A stretch of DNA of 37,824 bases from an uncultured Gammaproteobacteria bacterium (GTDB lineage Bacteria; Patescibacteriota; Patescibacteriia; 2-01-FULL-39-33). Under the pieces are notes generated by a model that was not told the DNA's origin, did not search any database, and was given only the letters and a program-made list of their open reading frames with translations. Position 1 is the stretch's first letter, and each line of letters begins with the position of its first letter. Location of the stretch: positions 16,626-54,449 of the forward strand of contig CAZSPT010000001.1 of the NCBI GenBank assembly GCA_964608895.1, written 5' to 3'. The translations under genes and the position numbers were made by a program. Below are positions 18,792 through 26,761 of the stretch, piece after piece.

Positions 18792-20042
18792 TTATTCTTT
18801 TCCGACTGGCCGGAAAACAGATTTTTTTATCATCTCCAAAGCCCGATCAAGAGTCATTAACTCGGCTTTTTCGGCAGTCCGTTTTTTAACTTCCACTTGA
18901 ATACCGGTCTTGGCGCTAACAACCAGCCGCCAAGGAAGACCGATAAGATCGGCATCAGCGAATTTTTCCCCGGGGGAAAGCTCGTCCCGGTCATCATAAA
19001 GAACTTCTAATCCCGCTTCTTTTAAGGCTTGAAAAACTTTCTCAGCCGCTTCCGGCTGATTCAAAGAAATCAACTGAACCATAAACGGCGCCAAAGATTC
19101 CGGCCAAACAATTCCCCGAGAATCATGGTTAACTTCAACAGCCGCCGCCAAAAGCCGCCCAAGACCAATACCGTAACAACCCATGATAATCGGCTTAGTC
19201 CGGCCATCCTCAGCGACAAACTCCGCCTTCATCTTCTGGCTGTAATTTTCATCCAGTTTAAAAATATGGCCGGCTTCAATTCCCTGCCTAACTTTAATCT
19301 TAGCTCCGCATTTTGAACAATTTTCAGAATCACCGACTGCTTCTTGGTTGGCCGCCCAATTACAATTAGAACAAACAGCCACTTTGTCTTCGCCAGAAGA
19401 AGCAAACACCATAAATTCATGGCATTGATTACCGCCGATTGAGCCGGAAGTCGCTTCAACCATTACTGCCTCCAGTCCGCAGCGCCGGTAAATTCGGAGA
19501 TAAACCTCAGCCATTTTGGAATAAAACTTCGCCAAATCTTCAGGGTCTGAATGAAAGCTGTAAAGATCTTTCATAATAAATTCTCTCACCCGAAGCAAAC
19601 CGCCGGTCGCCCGAAGCTCGTTCCGAAATTTATTCTGAATTTGATAAAGGAAAAAAGGCAAATCCTTATAAGAATTAATCCGTCGCCGGACCAAATCAGT
19701 AATCACCTCTTCATGAGTCGGGCCGAGTGCGAGTTCTTTGCCGTGGCGGTCTTTGACGACAAAAAGCGGCGGGTCAATCGTCTCCCAGCGGCCGGTTTCC
19801 TGCCAAAGATTCTTGGGGATTAAAGTCGGCATAAAAAATTCCTGACCGCCGGCGGCATTCATTTCTTCCCGAATAATTTCTTCTATTTTTTTAAATACCC
19901 GCCAGCCAAGCGGCAGTAAGGTATAAATGCCGGCCGCCAATTGATCAATAAAATCTCCTCTAGCCAGCAGTTTATGAGAAACAGAAACCGCTTCTCGGGG
20001 AGCTTCTTTTTTAGTCCGGGCAAACAACTGAGATTGGCGCAT
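18792..20042 (-). CDS. proS: Prolyl-tRNA synthetase, short bacterial-like form lacking the INS editing domain
   Basis: 416 aa with class II motifs (FRNELRATGGLLRVREFIMKDLYSFH; GCYGIGLGRLLAAAVE) and a C-terminal anticodon-binding domain. About 50 residues, including CSNC...CSKC, sit where the INS domain normally lies. Confidence 0.9.
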   Translation of the reverse strand: MRQSQLFARTKKEAPREAVSVSHKLLARGDFIDQLAAGIYTLLPLGWRVFKKIEEIIREEMNAAGGQEFFMPTLIPKNLWQETGRWETIDPPLFVVKDRHGKELALGPTHEEVITDLVRRRINSYKDLPFFLYQIQNKFRNELRATGGLLRVREFIMKDLYSFHSDPEDLAKFYSKMAEVYLRIYRRCGLEAVMVEATSGSIGGNQCHEFMVFASSGEDKVAVCSNCNWAANQEAVGDSENCSKCGAKIKVRQGIEAGHIFKLDENYSQKMKAEFVAEDGRTKPIIMGCYGIGLGRLLAAAVEVNHDSRGIVWPESLAPFMVQLISLNQPEAAEKVFQALKEAGLEVLYDDRDELSPGEKFADADLIGLPWRLVVSAKTGIQVEVKKRTAEKAELMTLDRALEMIKKSVFRPVGKE

Positions 20043-20057
20043 ATGGTTGATTAATCA

Positions 20058-20441
20058 TTATTGGTAAATCTTGTCATTTTTATTTTTTTTTGTCAAAAAC
20101 GGCCCAAAAAACCGCCGCCAGCCCGATTGCCGGGACTCCTGACCCCCGGCCGGCTTATTTTTCTCGGTCGCCAAGCCGGCAATTACTCTCCAAAGCCGTT
20201 CTTTCTCTTGGTTTAAAACCCCGCTTTGACCGTATTCGGCGTTGTGAGCCCGCTGACCCTGATAGCTTGGAGCCTTTTGGTCAAGATGGATATTTAACCG
20301 GCGTCCTTGAAGATAGATATGGAACCGGGGATATCTTCCTTGGCCGAGTCGTCGGGTGTAATTTTCCCGACCAAGCCGACCGTAACCGGCTCGGCGAACG
20401 ACTTCAACCGGATTTAAATTTTCCGGAATAGAAATTTTCAT
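20058..20441 (-). CDS. Hypothetical basic protein, 127 aa
   Basis: It has an ATG start and is co-directional and tightly packed between rseP and proS. It is Arg/Gly/Gln-rich. A 113-aa ORF fully overlaps it on the opposite strand, so the strand call rests on context. Confidence 0.5.
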   Translation of the reverse strand: MKISIPENLNPVEVVRRAGYGRLGRENYTRRLGQGRYPRFHIYLQGRRLNIHLDQKAPSYQGQRAHNAEYGQSGVLNQEKERLWRVIAGLATEKNKPAGGQESRQSGWRRFFGPFLTKKNKNDKIYQ

Positions 20442-20474
20442 AATTCAACCGATATTTAAAAATTAAAAAACGGC

Positions 20475-21827
20475 TTAAAACCAACTTTTTAAATTATCTA
20501 AAAAACCACTGCCGTATTTTAAGATATCCTGGAAAGTAACCACCGCGATTAAAGCCATTAATAAAATAAAACCGATATTATTGGCAAGATTCTCCCATTT
20601 TGACTTTAAAGCCCGGCCTCTAATTTTTTCAATTCCAAGAAAAAAGAGCCGACCACCGTCCAAAGCCGGAAAAGGCAAAATATTTAAAATCGCCAAATTT
20701 AAAGAAAGAATCGCCGTGAATTGAAGCAAATAGCCAAAACCGAGTCTCGCCATTTGACCGGTCAAAACGGCAATGCCGACCGGTCCGGCCACTTCAATTC
20801 CGGCCGGCGCTCCAGTAATCAAATTCTTAACCAAAACCGCCAGAGCGACAACAATCGTCGCTAGCCAAATAAAAGTCATCTTAATCCCCTGCCAGATCGC
20901 CAAATGCCAAGGATAGCGAACAATCGCTGTTTCCACCAAACTCACTCCGATTCCGACAACCCCTTGATATTCTATCACTTCAACCGTTTTAATAAGATCC
21001 CGGTCATGGCGCCTGACTGCCACAGCAACTTCCCGTCCTTGGCGGGAAACAAGGTAGTCGTGAAAATCGTCCCAGCCGGAAACCTTCCGATCGTCAACTT
21101 TCAAAATAACGTCGCCGGGCCGAAAGTCAGCCTGATCAGCCGAAGTTTCGCTGATTACTTCAACCACTTGAACCTCTGGCGGTGAAACCGCCAGTTTGGC
21201 GGTTGTTTCGTCCAGAACTGCCGGAATTCCCGAACCAAATCCAATCGTCAGAAGAACAGCGGCTAAAACAACATTCATCGCTACTCCGGCCGTCAAAATA
21301 ACCGCCCGCTGCCAAATCGGCCGACTGGCAAAACTGTCGGATTCAGTTTTTGCCTGGCCGTCTTCTCCTTTTATCTTGACAAATCCGCCGATCGGAATCC
21401 AGTTAAGAGAATAAATTGTCGGCCGCTCCTGGACAATCTGCTCCCGGGTTTCGGCTGAATCAGCGCCAGATTCCGAAATTTTGCCAGACTCTGAATAACC
21501 GGCCGTCCGACCCCAAAACCAGCGCCAACTCTTAAACGGAATAATTTTTTCAATTTCAGAAACTTTTTCAGTGATAATTTTTTGAACCGCCTGACGACCG
21601 TCTTGAAACTTCTTCCAGACCGCCACCAACTCTATTTCCTTTTTTTGGCCGGTCTTTTTTAGTCGCCAGCCCTGAAATCGGGCTAGGCCGAAAATTCTCG
21701 GCGGCAAACCAAAACCAAACTCTTCCACTTTCGCTCCAAAAATTCTGGCGGTGATAAAATGTCCAAACTCATGGACAAAAACCAAAATTGAAAGAACAAC
21801 AATAAGAATTAAAATAGTCACCGCCAT
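20475..21827 (-). CDS. rseP: Site-2 (M50) intramembrane zinc metalloprotease RseP
   Basis: 450 aa. HEFGHF in TM1, a PDZ-like segment (ADFRPGDVILKVDDRKV) and the C-terminal LNLAILNILPFPALDGG motif. Confidence 0.9.
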   Translation of the reverse strand: MAVTILILIVVLSILVFVHEFGHFITARIFGAKVEEFGFGLPPRIFGLARFQGWRLKKTGQKKEIELVAVWKKFQDGRQAVQKIITEKVSEIEKIIPFKSWRWFWGRTAGYSESGKISESGADSAETREQIVQERPTIYSLNWIPIGGFVKIKGEDGQAKTESDSFASRPIWQRAVILTAGVAMNVVLAAVLLTIGFGSGIPAVLDETTAKLAVSPPEVQVVEVISETSADQADFRPGDVILKVDDRKVSGWDDFHDYLVSRQGREVAVAVRRHDRDLIKTVEVIEYQGVVGIGVSLVETAIVRYPWHLAIWQGIKMTFIWLATIVVALAVLVKNLITGAPAGIEVAGPVGIAVLTGQMARLGFGYLLQFTAILSLNLAILNILPFPALDGGRLFFLGIEKIRGRALKSKWENLANNIGFILLMALIAVVTFQDILKYGSGFLDNLKSWF

Positions 21828-21828
21828 A

Positions 21829-22380
21829 CTAAACTTCCATTATTTCAGTTTCTTTTTTTTCTCCAAGCTCCTTGATTTTTTTATTGAACTCTCCGGTCTT
21901 CTGGTCAAGCTCTTCAATCAACTGATATCTTTCATCTTCGCCGAATTCCTTATTTTTTTCGGCCTCCAAAATTTCTTCCTTTATTTGATCTCTGGCGGTC
22001 CGGAGAGCAATCCGGGCTTGTTCCATTTTTTGATGGAGGCTGGCGGCTGTTTTCTTCCGGGTTTCTTCAGTCATTTTTGGAAAAACCGCCCGAATTTTAT
22101 CAGACTCGTTGATTATATCCAACCCTAAATCAGCCGCTACCAAAGCTTTTTCAATTTCTTTAATAATATTTTTGTCCCAAGGAGTAATAATTAAACTGCC
22201 CGGCTGAGGTACTGAAACCGAAGCGAGTTGATTGATCGGAGTTTTTACTCCGTAAGATTCAACCGTTACTCCGTCTAAAATGGCCGGAGTCGCCCGGCCG
22301 ATGTTTAAACTGCCGATTTCCTCCTGAAAATGCTCAATGATTTTCTGAAATTTTTCCAAATTGTCTTCAATTATTGACAT
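21829..22380 (-). CDS. frr: Ribosome recycling factor
   Basis: 183 aa with the typical RRF pattern (GRATPAILDGVTVESYG; ITPWDKNIIKEIEKA; TEETRKK...RIALRTARDQ). Confidence 0.93.
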   Translation of the reverse strand: MSIIEDNLEKFQKIIEHFQEEIGSLNIGRATPAILDGVTVESYGVKTPINQLASVSVPQPGSLIITPWDKNIIKEIEKALVAADLGLDIINESDKIRAVFPKMTEETRKKTAASLHQKMEQARIALRTARDQIKEEILEAEKNKEFGEDERYQLIEELDQKTGEFNKKIKELGEKKETEIMEV

Positions 22381-22391
22381 AATTTAAATTA

Positions 22392-23459
22392 TTACTTAGC
22401 TTTAAAAACCCCGAGATAAACAGTTTCGGAATTTTCCGGATTAATCGCAATTTCATTGGCGATTAAACCGCCATTAAAAGGAAACTTCCGGGAAGACCAG
22501 CTTTTCCCTCCGTCAACTGATTTAACCAGAGAATTCTGGGCGCTGTAGTAAATTTCATTACTGTCTTTGGGATTGACGGCAAGCGCCTGAATATCGGCTT
22601 CTTTTGAAGCCGGCAAGAGTTCAACCAGCTCCCAATTATCGCCCCGGTCAAGACTTTTAAGCATTCCGTATTGGCTAACCAAAAATAAACTCCCGGGAGT
22701 CGCCGGAGCAACCGCCAATTGGCGGTAATTATGACTGCCGCTATACTGCCGAAGTCCTTCGCCGAGCGACTGCCAATCACGGCCGCCGTTCTTAGTCCGA
22801 TAAATACCGTTTTTAACGGTGGCGGCGTAAATAATCCGGCTGTCATCAGGGTCGCCGACCAAATCAACCACTACTCCCCGATCAACCCGGTGAATAGTCG
22901 TCCAGCTGTAGCCGCCGTCAAAACTTTTAAGAACTTCACCGGCGCTTGAAGAAAGATAAATCATTCCGGGAGCGTAAAAATCAATCAAAATATCGGTTAA
23001 AACCACTTGGTGGTCCTGATGATAATAAATGGTTTCCCAGGATCGCCCGCAGTCATTTGACCGAAAAATCTTATTTTGGCTAATGGCGTAAAGAATACAT
23101 TTTGAATTAGGATGAACGGCGATTGACCGAACCCGCTGGCCGGCAAATTCAGAAAACTGCCGCCAACTTTCTCCCCCGTCATAGCTGTAGAAAATTCCAT
23201 TGCTTTCAGTCGCCAGATAAAGCGTTTCAAAATCCTGAGGGTCAAAAACAATCCGCCGGACGTCCACTCCTCCGATATTTGCCTTTTTTTCTCCAACCGT
23301 TGGAATAGCCGCCTTCTGCTCCCAAGTTTTGCCGGCGTCCAAGGATTTCCAAACTCCTTTTTGGCCGCCGCTCGGCCCGCTGCCGAACCGGACGGTGCAA
23401 CCGGAAAAAATTATCCCGACCACTAGAATTAATCCGAAAAATTTTAAAAAACTTTTCAT
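22392..23459 (-). CDS. Lipoprotein with seven BNR/Asp-box repeats (beta-propeller)
   Basis: 355 aa. Signal peptide with lipobox (IIFSG-C). There are seven SxDxGxxW-type boxes (SLDAGKTW, SYDGGESW, SNDCGRSW, SFDGGYSW, TKNGGRDW, SLDRGDNW, SVDGGKSW). Its start overlaps the holB stop (ATGA). Confidence 0.85.
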   Translation of the reverse strand: MKSFLKFFGLILVVGIIFSGCTVRFGSGPSGGQKGVWKSLDAGKTWEQKAAIPTVGEKKANIGGVDVRRIVFDPQDFETLYLATESNGIFYSYDGGESWRQFSEFAGQRVRSIAVHPNSKCILYAISQNKIFRSNDCGRSWETIYYHQDHQVVLTDILIDFYAPGMIYLSSSAGEVLKSFDGGYSWTTIHRVDRGVVVDLVGDPDDSRIIYAATVKNGIYRTKNGGRDWQSLGEGLRQYSGSHNYRQLAVAPATPGSLFLVSQYGMLKSLDRGDNWELVELLPASKEADIQALAVNPKDSNEIYYSAQNSLVKSVDGGKSWSSRKFPFNGGLIANEIAINPENSETVYLGVFKAK

Positions 23460-24502
23460 AAGGTTATCATTAAATTTTCTAAAACCAATTGAGGGTTAAG
23501 ATTCTGCCGAAGCTGACTCCGAGCGGCGGCTAAGCCGGCCAAAAAACCGGTTAACTTAGCAAAAGAAAAGAGCCGACTGAATTTTTCAATATCTTTTTGG
23601 TGGTCAAAATTGATAATTAAAGGCTGATTGCCGTTCTTAGCCAACAAAAGGTCCCGAATCACTCCTTGCCAAATATCAAAAAGCCGATCTAGCCGAAACT
23701 CATTTTCAATTAAGTCCGAACTCCAGTTAACTGCCGTCTTCAAAAGCTCAAACCGACGATTAAGATCGGCTTCCAAAAGATTAAAAAAACCGGAAACTTC
23801 CTGAAAATAACCTTCTTGAAACTCGGAATCTTTGGCGAATTTCCAGGCCAGCCCCGGCCGGCCCCGCGCCAGCCGAGCCAACTGGCCATTTTCGGCGATT
23901 TGATGCTTATGGAGATATTTTTCAATTTCCCGTCGGCCAACCGGCAAAAACCGAAAAACCTGACTTCGAGAAATAATAGTTTCCGGTAACCAATCAGAAC
24001 TGGCGGCGACTAAAATAATTACCGTTTTGGGAGTCGGCTCTTCAAAAAATTTCAGTAAAGCGTTGGCGGCGGCCAGACTGAGCTCTTCAGCTTCGTCAAT
24101 TATCGCCGCCTTATAGCCGCTCAATAAACTGGTTTGGCTGAGCCGAACCTTTAAATTCCTTATCTGATCAACAGCAATTTCTTTTTTCTCCCGTTTTTTT
24201 TTATCATCCAATTCTCGGCGGATAATGGAAACATCGGGATGGACGCCAGCCGTCAGCTGGCGACAATCAGAGCACTGGCCGCAAGGAACCGCTCCCTGAT
24301 CGGCCCGGCAGAAAAGAATTTTAAGAAATCTCTCCGCTAAAGTATATTTTCCCAATTCCCGAGGGCCGAGAAAAAGATAGCTCTGGGCTAAATTATCGCT
24401 AGTTAAAGCGGTTTCAAGAAAATTAACGATTTTTTCCTGGCCGCAGAAATCCCAATCAAAATTTAAAAATTCCCGAGATTCGGCTTTGTTTTTTTCCGGC
24501 AT
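23456..24502 (-). CDS. holB: DNA polymerase III subunit delta'
   Basis: 348 aa AAA+ clamp-loader fold. It has a degenerate P-loop (GPRELGKYT), a Zn module (CGQCSDCRQL), IIDEAEELSLAAANALLKFFEEP and SRSQVFRF. Confidence 0.85.
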   Translation of the reverse strand: MPEKNKAESREFLNFDWDFCGQEKIVNFLETALTSDNLAQSYLFLGPRELGKYTLAERFLKILFCRADQGAVPCGQCSDCRQLTAGVHPDVSIIRRELDDKKKREKKEIAVDQIRNLKVRLSQTSLLSGYKAAIIDEAEELSLAAANALLKFFEEPTPKTVIILVAASSDWLPETIISRSQVFRFLPVGRREIEKYLHKHQIAENGQLARLARGRPGLAWKFAKDSEFQEGYFQEVSGFFNLLEADLNRRFELLKTAVNWSSDLIENEFRLDRLFDIWQGVIRDLLLAKNGNQPLIINFDHQKDIEKFSRLFSFAKLTGFLAGLAAARSQLRQNLNPQLVLENLMITL

Positions 24503-24533
24503 ACATTGACAATTGTATCATAAAAAAGACTTT

Positions 24534-25661
24534 TTAATCAACCAAACCAGCCGCCAGCCGCCAGACTCCTTCGGCGGTTTTCCGCCAAGAAAATTTTTCA
24601 GCCCGGACCAAACCTTGAGAAACCTTTTCCTGATAAAACCGCTGGTCAACGAGAAGCTTTCTAACCGCCTCGGATATTTCCCGAGGATTTTCCGGGTCGG
24701 CGAAAACCGCCGCCGCTCCGGCAACTTCCTGATGGACCGGCCGCTGAGAAGCGACTACCGGCGTTCCCGAGCCAAATGCCTGAATAATTGGCAGACCAAA
24801 ACCCTCATAGCGGGTCAGAAACAAAAAAATTTCAGCTTGGCTGAAAAAAACCGGCACAACCGCTTGATTAAGATAACCGGGAAAAATTATTCTCTTCCCG
24901 ACCGGACCGAGTCCACCGGCCAGCCGCTTGGCTTCGGCGGCGACGTTTCCCGAACCTCCGGCTAAAACCAACTGAAGCTCGGAAAAATCTCCGGCTAGCA
25001 AAGAGAAGGTTCTGATTAAGTTAAGGATATTCTTTTTTTTCTCCAGCCGGCCGAGATAGAACAGAAACGGTTGGCGAACTCGCAGCCGCTTAAGAATATC
25101 CGGCCGGTCTCGACCGGCCGCCGGCTGAAACTTCCGCCGGTCATAGCCGGGGAAAACTACTTTGATTTTTTCTTCAGGCACTCCGGCCAAATCAATAATT
25201 TCCCGCCGGGAAAATTCAGAAATTGTCAAGACAATATCGGCTCGGCACTTGATTCTCTTTAAAGTCAAATCATGATACCAGCGGGTAATCGGACGATAAA
25301 GCTCGGGAAACCGCCGCCAGCCAACATCGTGAACGGCGACAATTATTTTAACCTTCCGAGGAAAAGGTAAGAAAGGAATAGTGTGAGCCGGAACCAATAA
25401 AACGTCCGGCGGACTAACAATCAGCTCAAACCAAAGCCGGAGCTGGGTCCAAAGATATTTCGGCGGCCAACCAAGCCGCTTTTCCCGCCAATGGCCAGGC
25501 AACTTTCCCAGAGCTCCTTGAAGTTTGCGGCCGCTGTATAAAATTGGCCGGTCAACTTCGGGAATGATTTTCTTCAGCTCCTCAATCAGCCGATAAGAAT
25601 ACCATTCGGTTCCGGTTTTTAATTCCCGATTAGCCCGGGAAGCGTCAATCCCGATTTTCAT
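24534..25661 (-). CDS. Glycosyltransferase family 4
   Basis: 375 aa with TRYEGFGLPIIQAFGSGTPVVAS. The N-terminus MKIGIDASR is paralogous to the GT4 trio at 4383..7711. Confidence 0.9.
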   Translation of the reverse strand: MKIGIDASRANRELKTGTEWYSYRLIEELKKIIPEVDRPILYSGRKLQGALGKLPGHWREKRLGWPPKYLWTQLRLWFELIVSPPDVLLVPAHTIPFLPFPRKVKIIVAVHDVGWRRFPELYRPITRWYHDLTLKRIKCRADIVLTISEFSRREIIDLAGVPEEKIKVVFPGYDRRKFQPAAGRDRPDILKRLRVRQPFLFYLGRLEKKKNILNLIRTFSLLAGDFSELQLVLAGGSGNVAAEAKRLAGGLGPVGKRIIFPGYLNQAVVPVFFSQAEIFLFLTRYEGFGLPIIQAFGSGTPVVASQRPVHQEVAGAAAVFADPENPREISEAVRKLLVDQRFYQEKVSQGLVRAEKFSWRKTAEGVWRLAAGLVD

Positions 25662-25701
25662 ATTAAAAATTATTTCCGCCGATTAACCGCTAAAACGCCG
25701 G

Positions 25702-26712
25702 TTATTTAGTCGCCAAAATACTCCGCTTGTAATTTTCCAAATTATCCAAAGCAATGCCCGTTCCTTTGGCAACGCAAAAAAGCGGATCATCGGCGACATA
25801 AGCGACCACTCCGGTCGCTTGAGTAATCAGTTTATCAATATTCCGAAGCAGGCTTGAACCGCCGGACATCACCACTCCCTGATCAATAACATCAGCCGAA
25901 AGCTCCGGCGGGGTTTTTTGAAGAACATTTTTAACCGCAGCGGTTATTCCTTCCAATTCTTTAGAAATCGCCTCGGTAACGTCGTCAGAAGAAACAGTAA
26001 TTGTTTTTGGCAGACCGCTGACAATATCCCGGCCCCGAATATCTATAGTCATTTTTTCTTGAAGATAAAGAGCCGAACCAATATTTATCTTAACGTCTTC
26101 GGCGGTCCGTTCGCCAATCGCCAAACCATACTTTTTGCGAATATGCTCAGAGATTGAATAATCAAACTTACTCCCGCCAATTCTGATGGAAGTTGAAGCG
26201 ACAATTCCGCCGAGGGAAATAACCGCGACTTCGGCGGTACCGCCGCCGATATCAATAATCATATGGCCGGCGGCCGAGCCAATCGGAATATTTGCTCCAA
26301 TGGCGGCGACAACCGGCTCTTTGATAATATAAGCGGCTTTTGCTCCGGCGGCGATTGTCGCGTCAATGACCGCCCGGCGCTCAGTAGAAGTGATTCCGGC
26401 CGGAACCGCAACCATCACTTCCGGCCGGAACAGCCGAACTCCACCAAGAGCCTTGTTTACAAAATAACGAAGCATCGCCTCGGTTGTTTTATAGTCGGCA
26501 ATCACTCCGTCTTTTAAGGGTTTTCGGGCGACAATGGTATCCGGAGTCCGGCCAAGCATCTCCTTGGCCTCCATGCCAACGGCAATGATTTTTTTGTCAA
26601 TATCGGAAATCGCCACCACCGAAGGCTCGTTGATGACGATTCCTTTCTTGGGAACATGAACTAAAATATTGGTTGTTCCCAAATCAATTCCGATTTTTTT
26701 TATCAAAAACAT
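25702..26712 (-). CDS. mreB: MreB, canonical rod-shape actin homologue (second paralogue)
   Basis: 336 aa with the full canonical motif set: IGIDLGTTN; KDGVIADY; IKEPVVAAIGA; IIDIGGGTAEVAVISLGG; SGGSSLLRNID; DPLFCVAKG. Confidence 0.92.
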   Translation of the reverse strand: MFLIKKIGIDLGTTNILVHVPKKGIVINEPSVVAISDIDKKIIAVGMEAKEMLGRTPDTIVARKPLKDGVIADYKTTEAMLRYFVNKALGGVRLFRPEVMVAVPAGITSTERRAVIDATIAAGAKAAYIIKEPVVAAIGANIPIGSAAGHMIIDIGGGTAEVAVISLGGIVASTSIRIGGSKFDYSISEHIRKKYGLAIGERTAEDVKINIGSALYLQEKMTIDIRGRDIVSGLPKTITVSSDDVTEAISKELEGITAAVKNVLQKTPPELSADVIDQGVVMSGGSSLLRNIDKLITQATGVVAYVADDPLFCVAKGTGIALDNLENYKRSILATK

Positions 26713-26761
26713 AATTTGCCGGGTTTAAAAACTATTTCGGAAAAACCTCCAAAAACAGCGG

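Noticed and set aside
20090-20431. 113-aa plus-strand ORF as an alternative to the 127-aa minus-strand gene
   Set aside because: It would be the only plus-strand gene inside a 16-gene minus-strand array, and it has no promoter, SD or terminator. I kept the minus frame, at only moderate confidence.
25662-25701. Short hairpin (taaccg...cggtta) between mreB2 and GT4 as an attenuator
   Set aside because: It has a 6-bp stem, a 9-nt loop and no U-run, so it is too weak to distinguish from chance.
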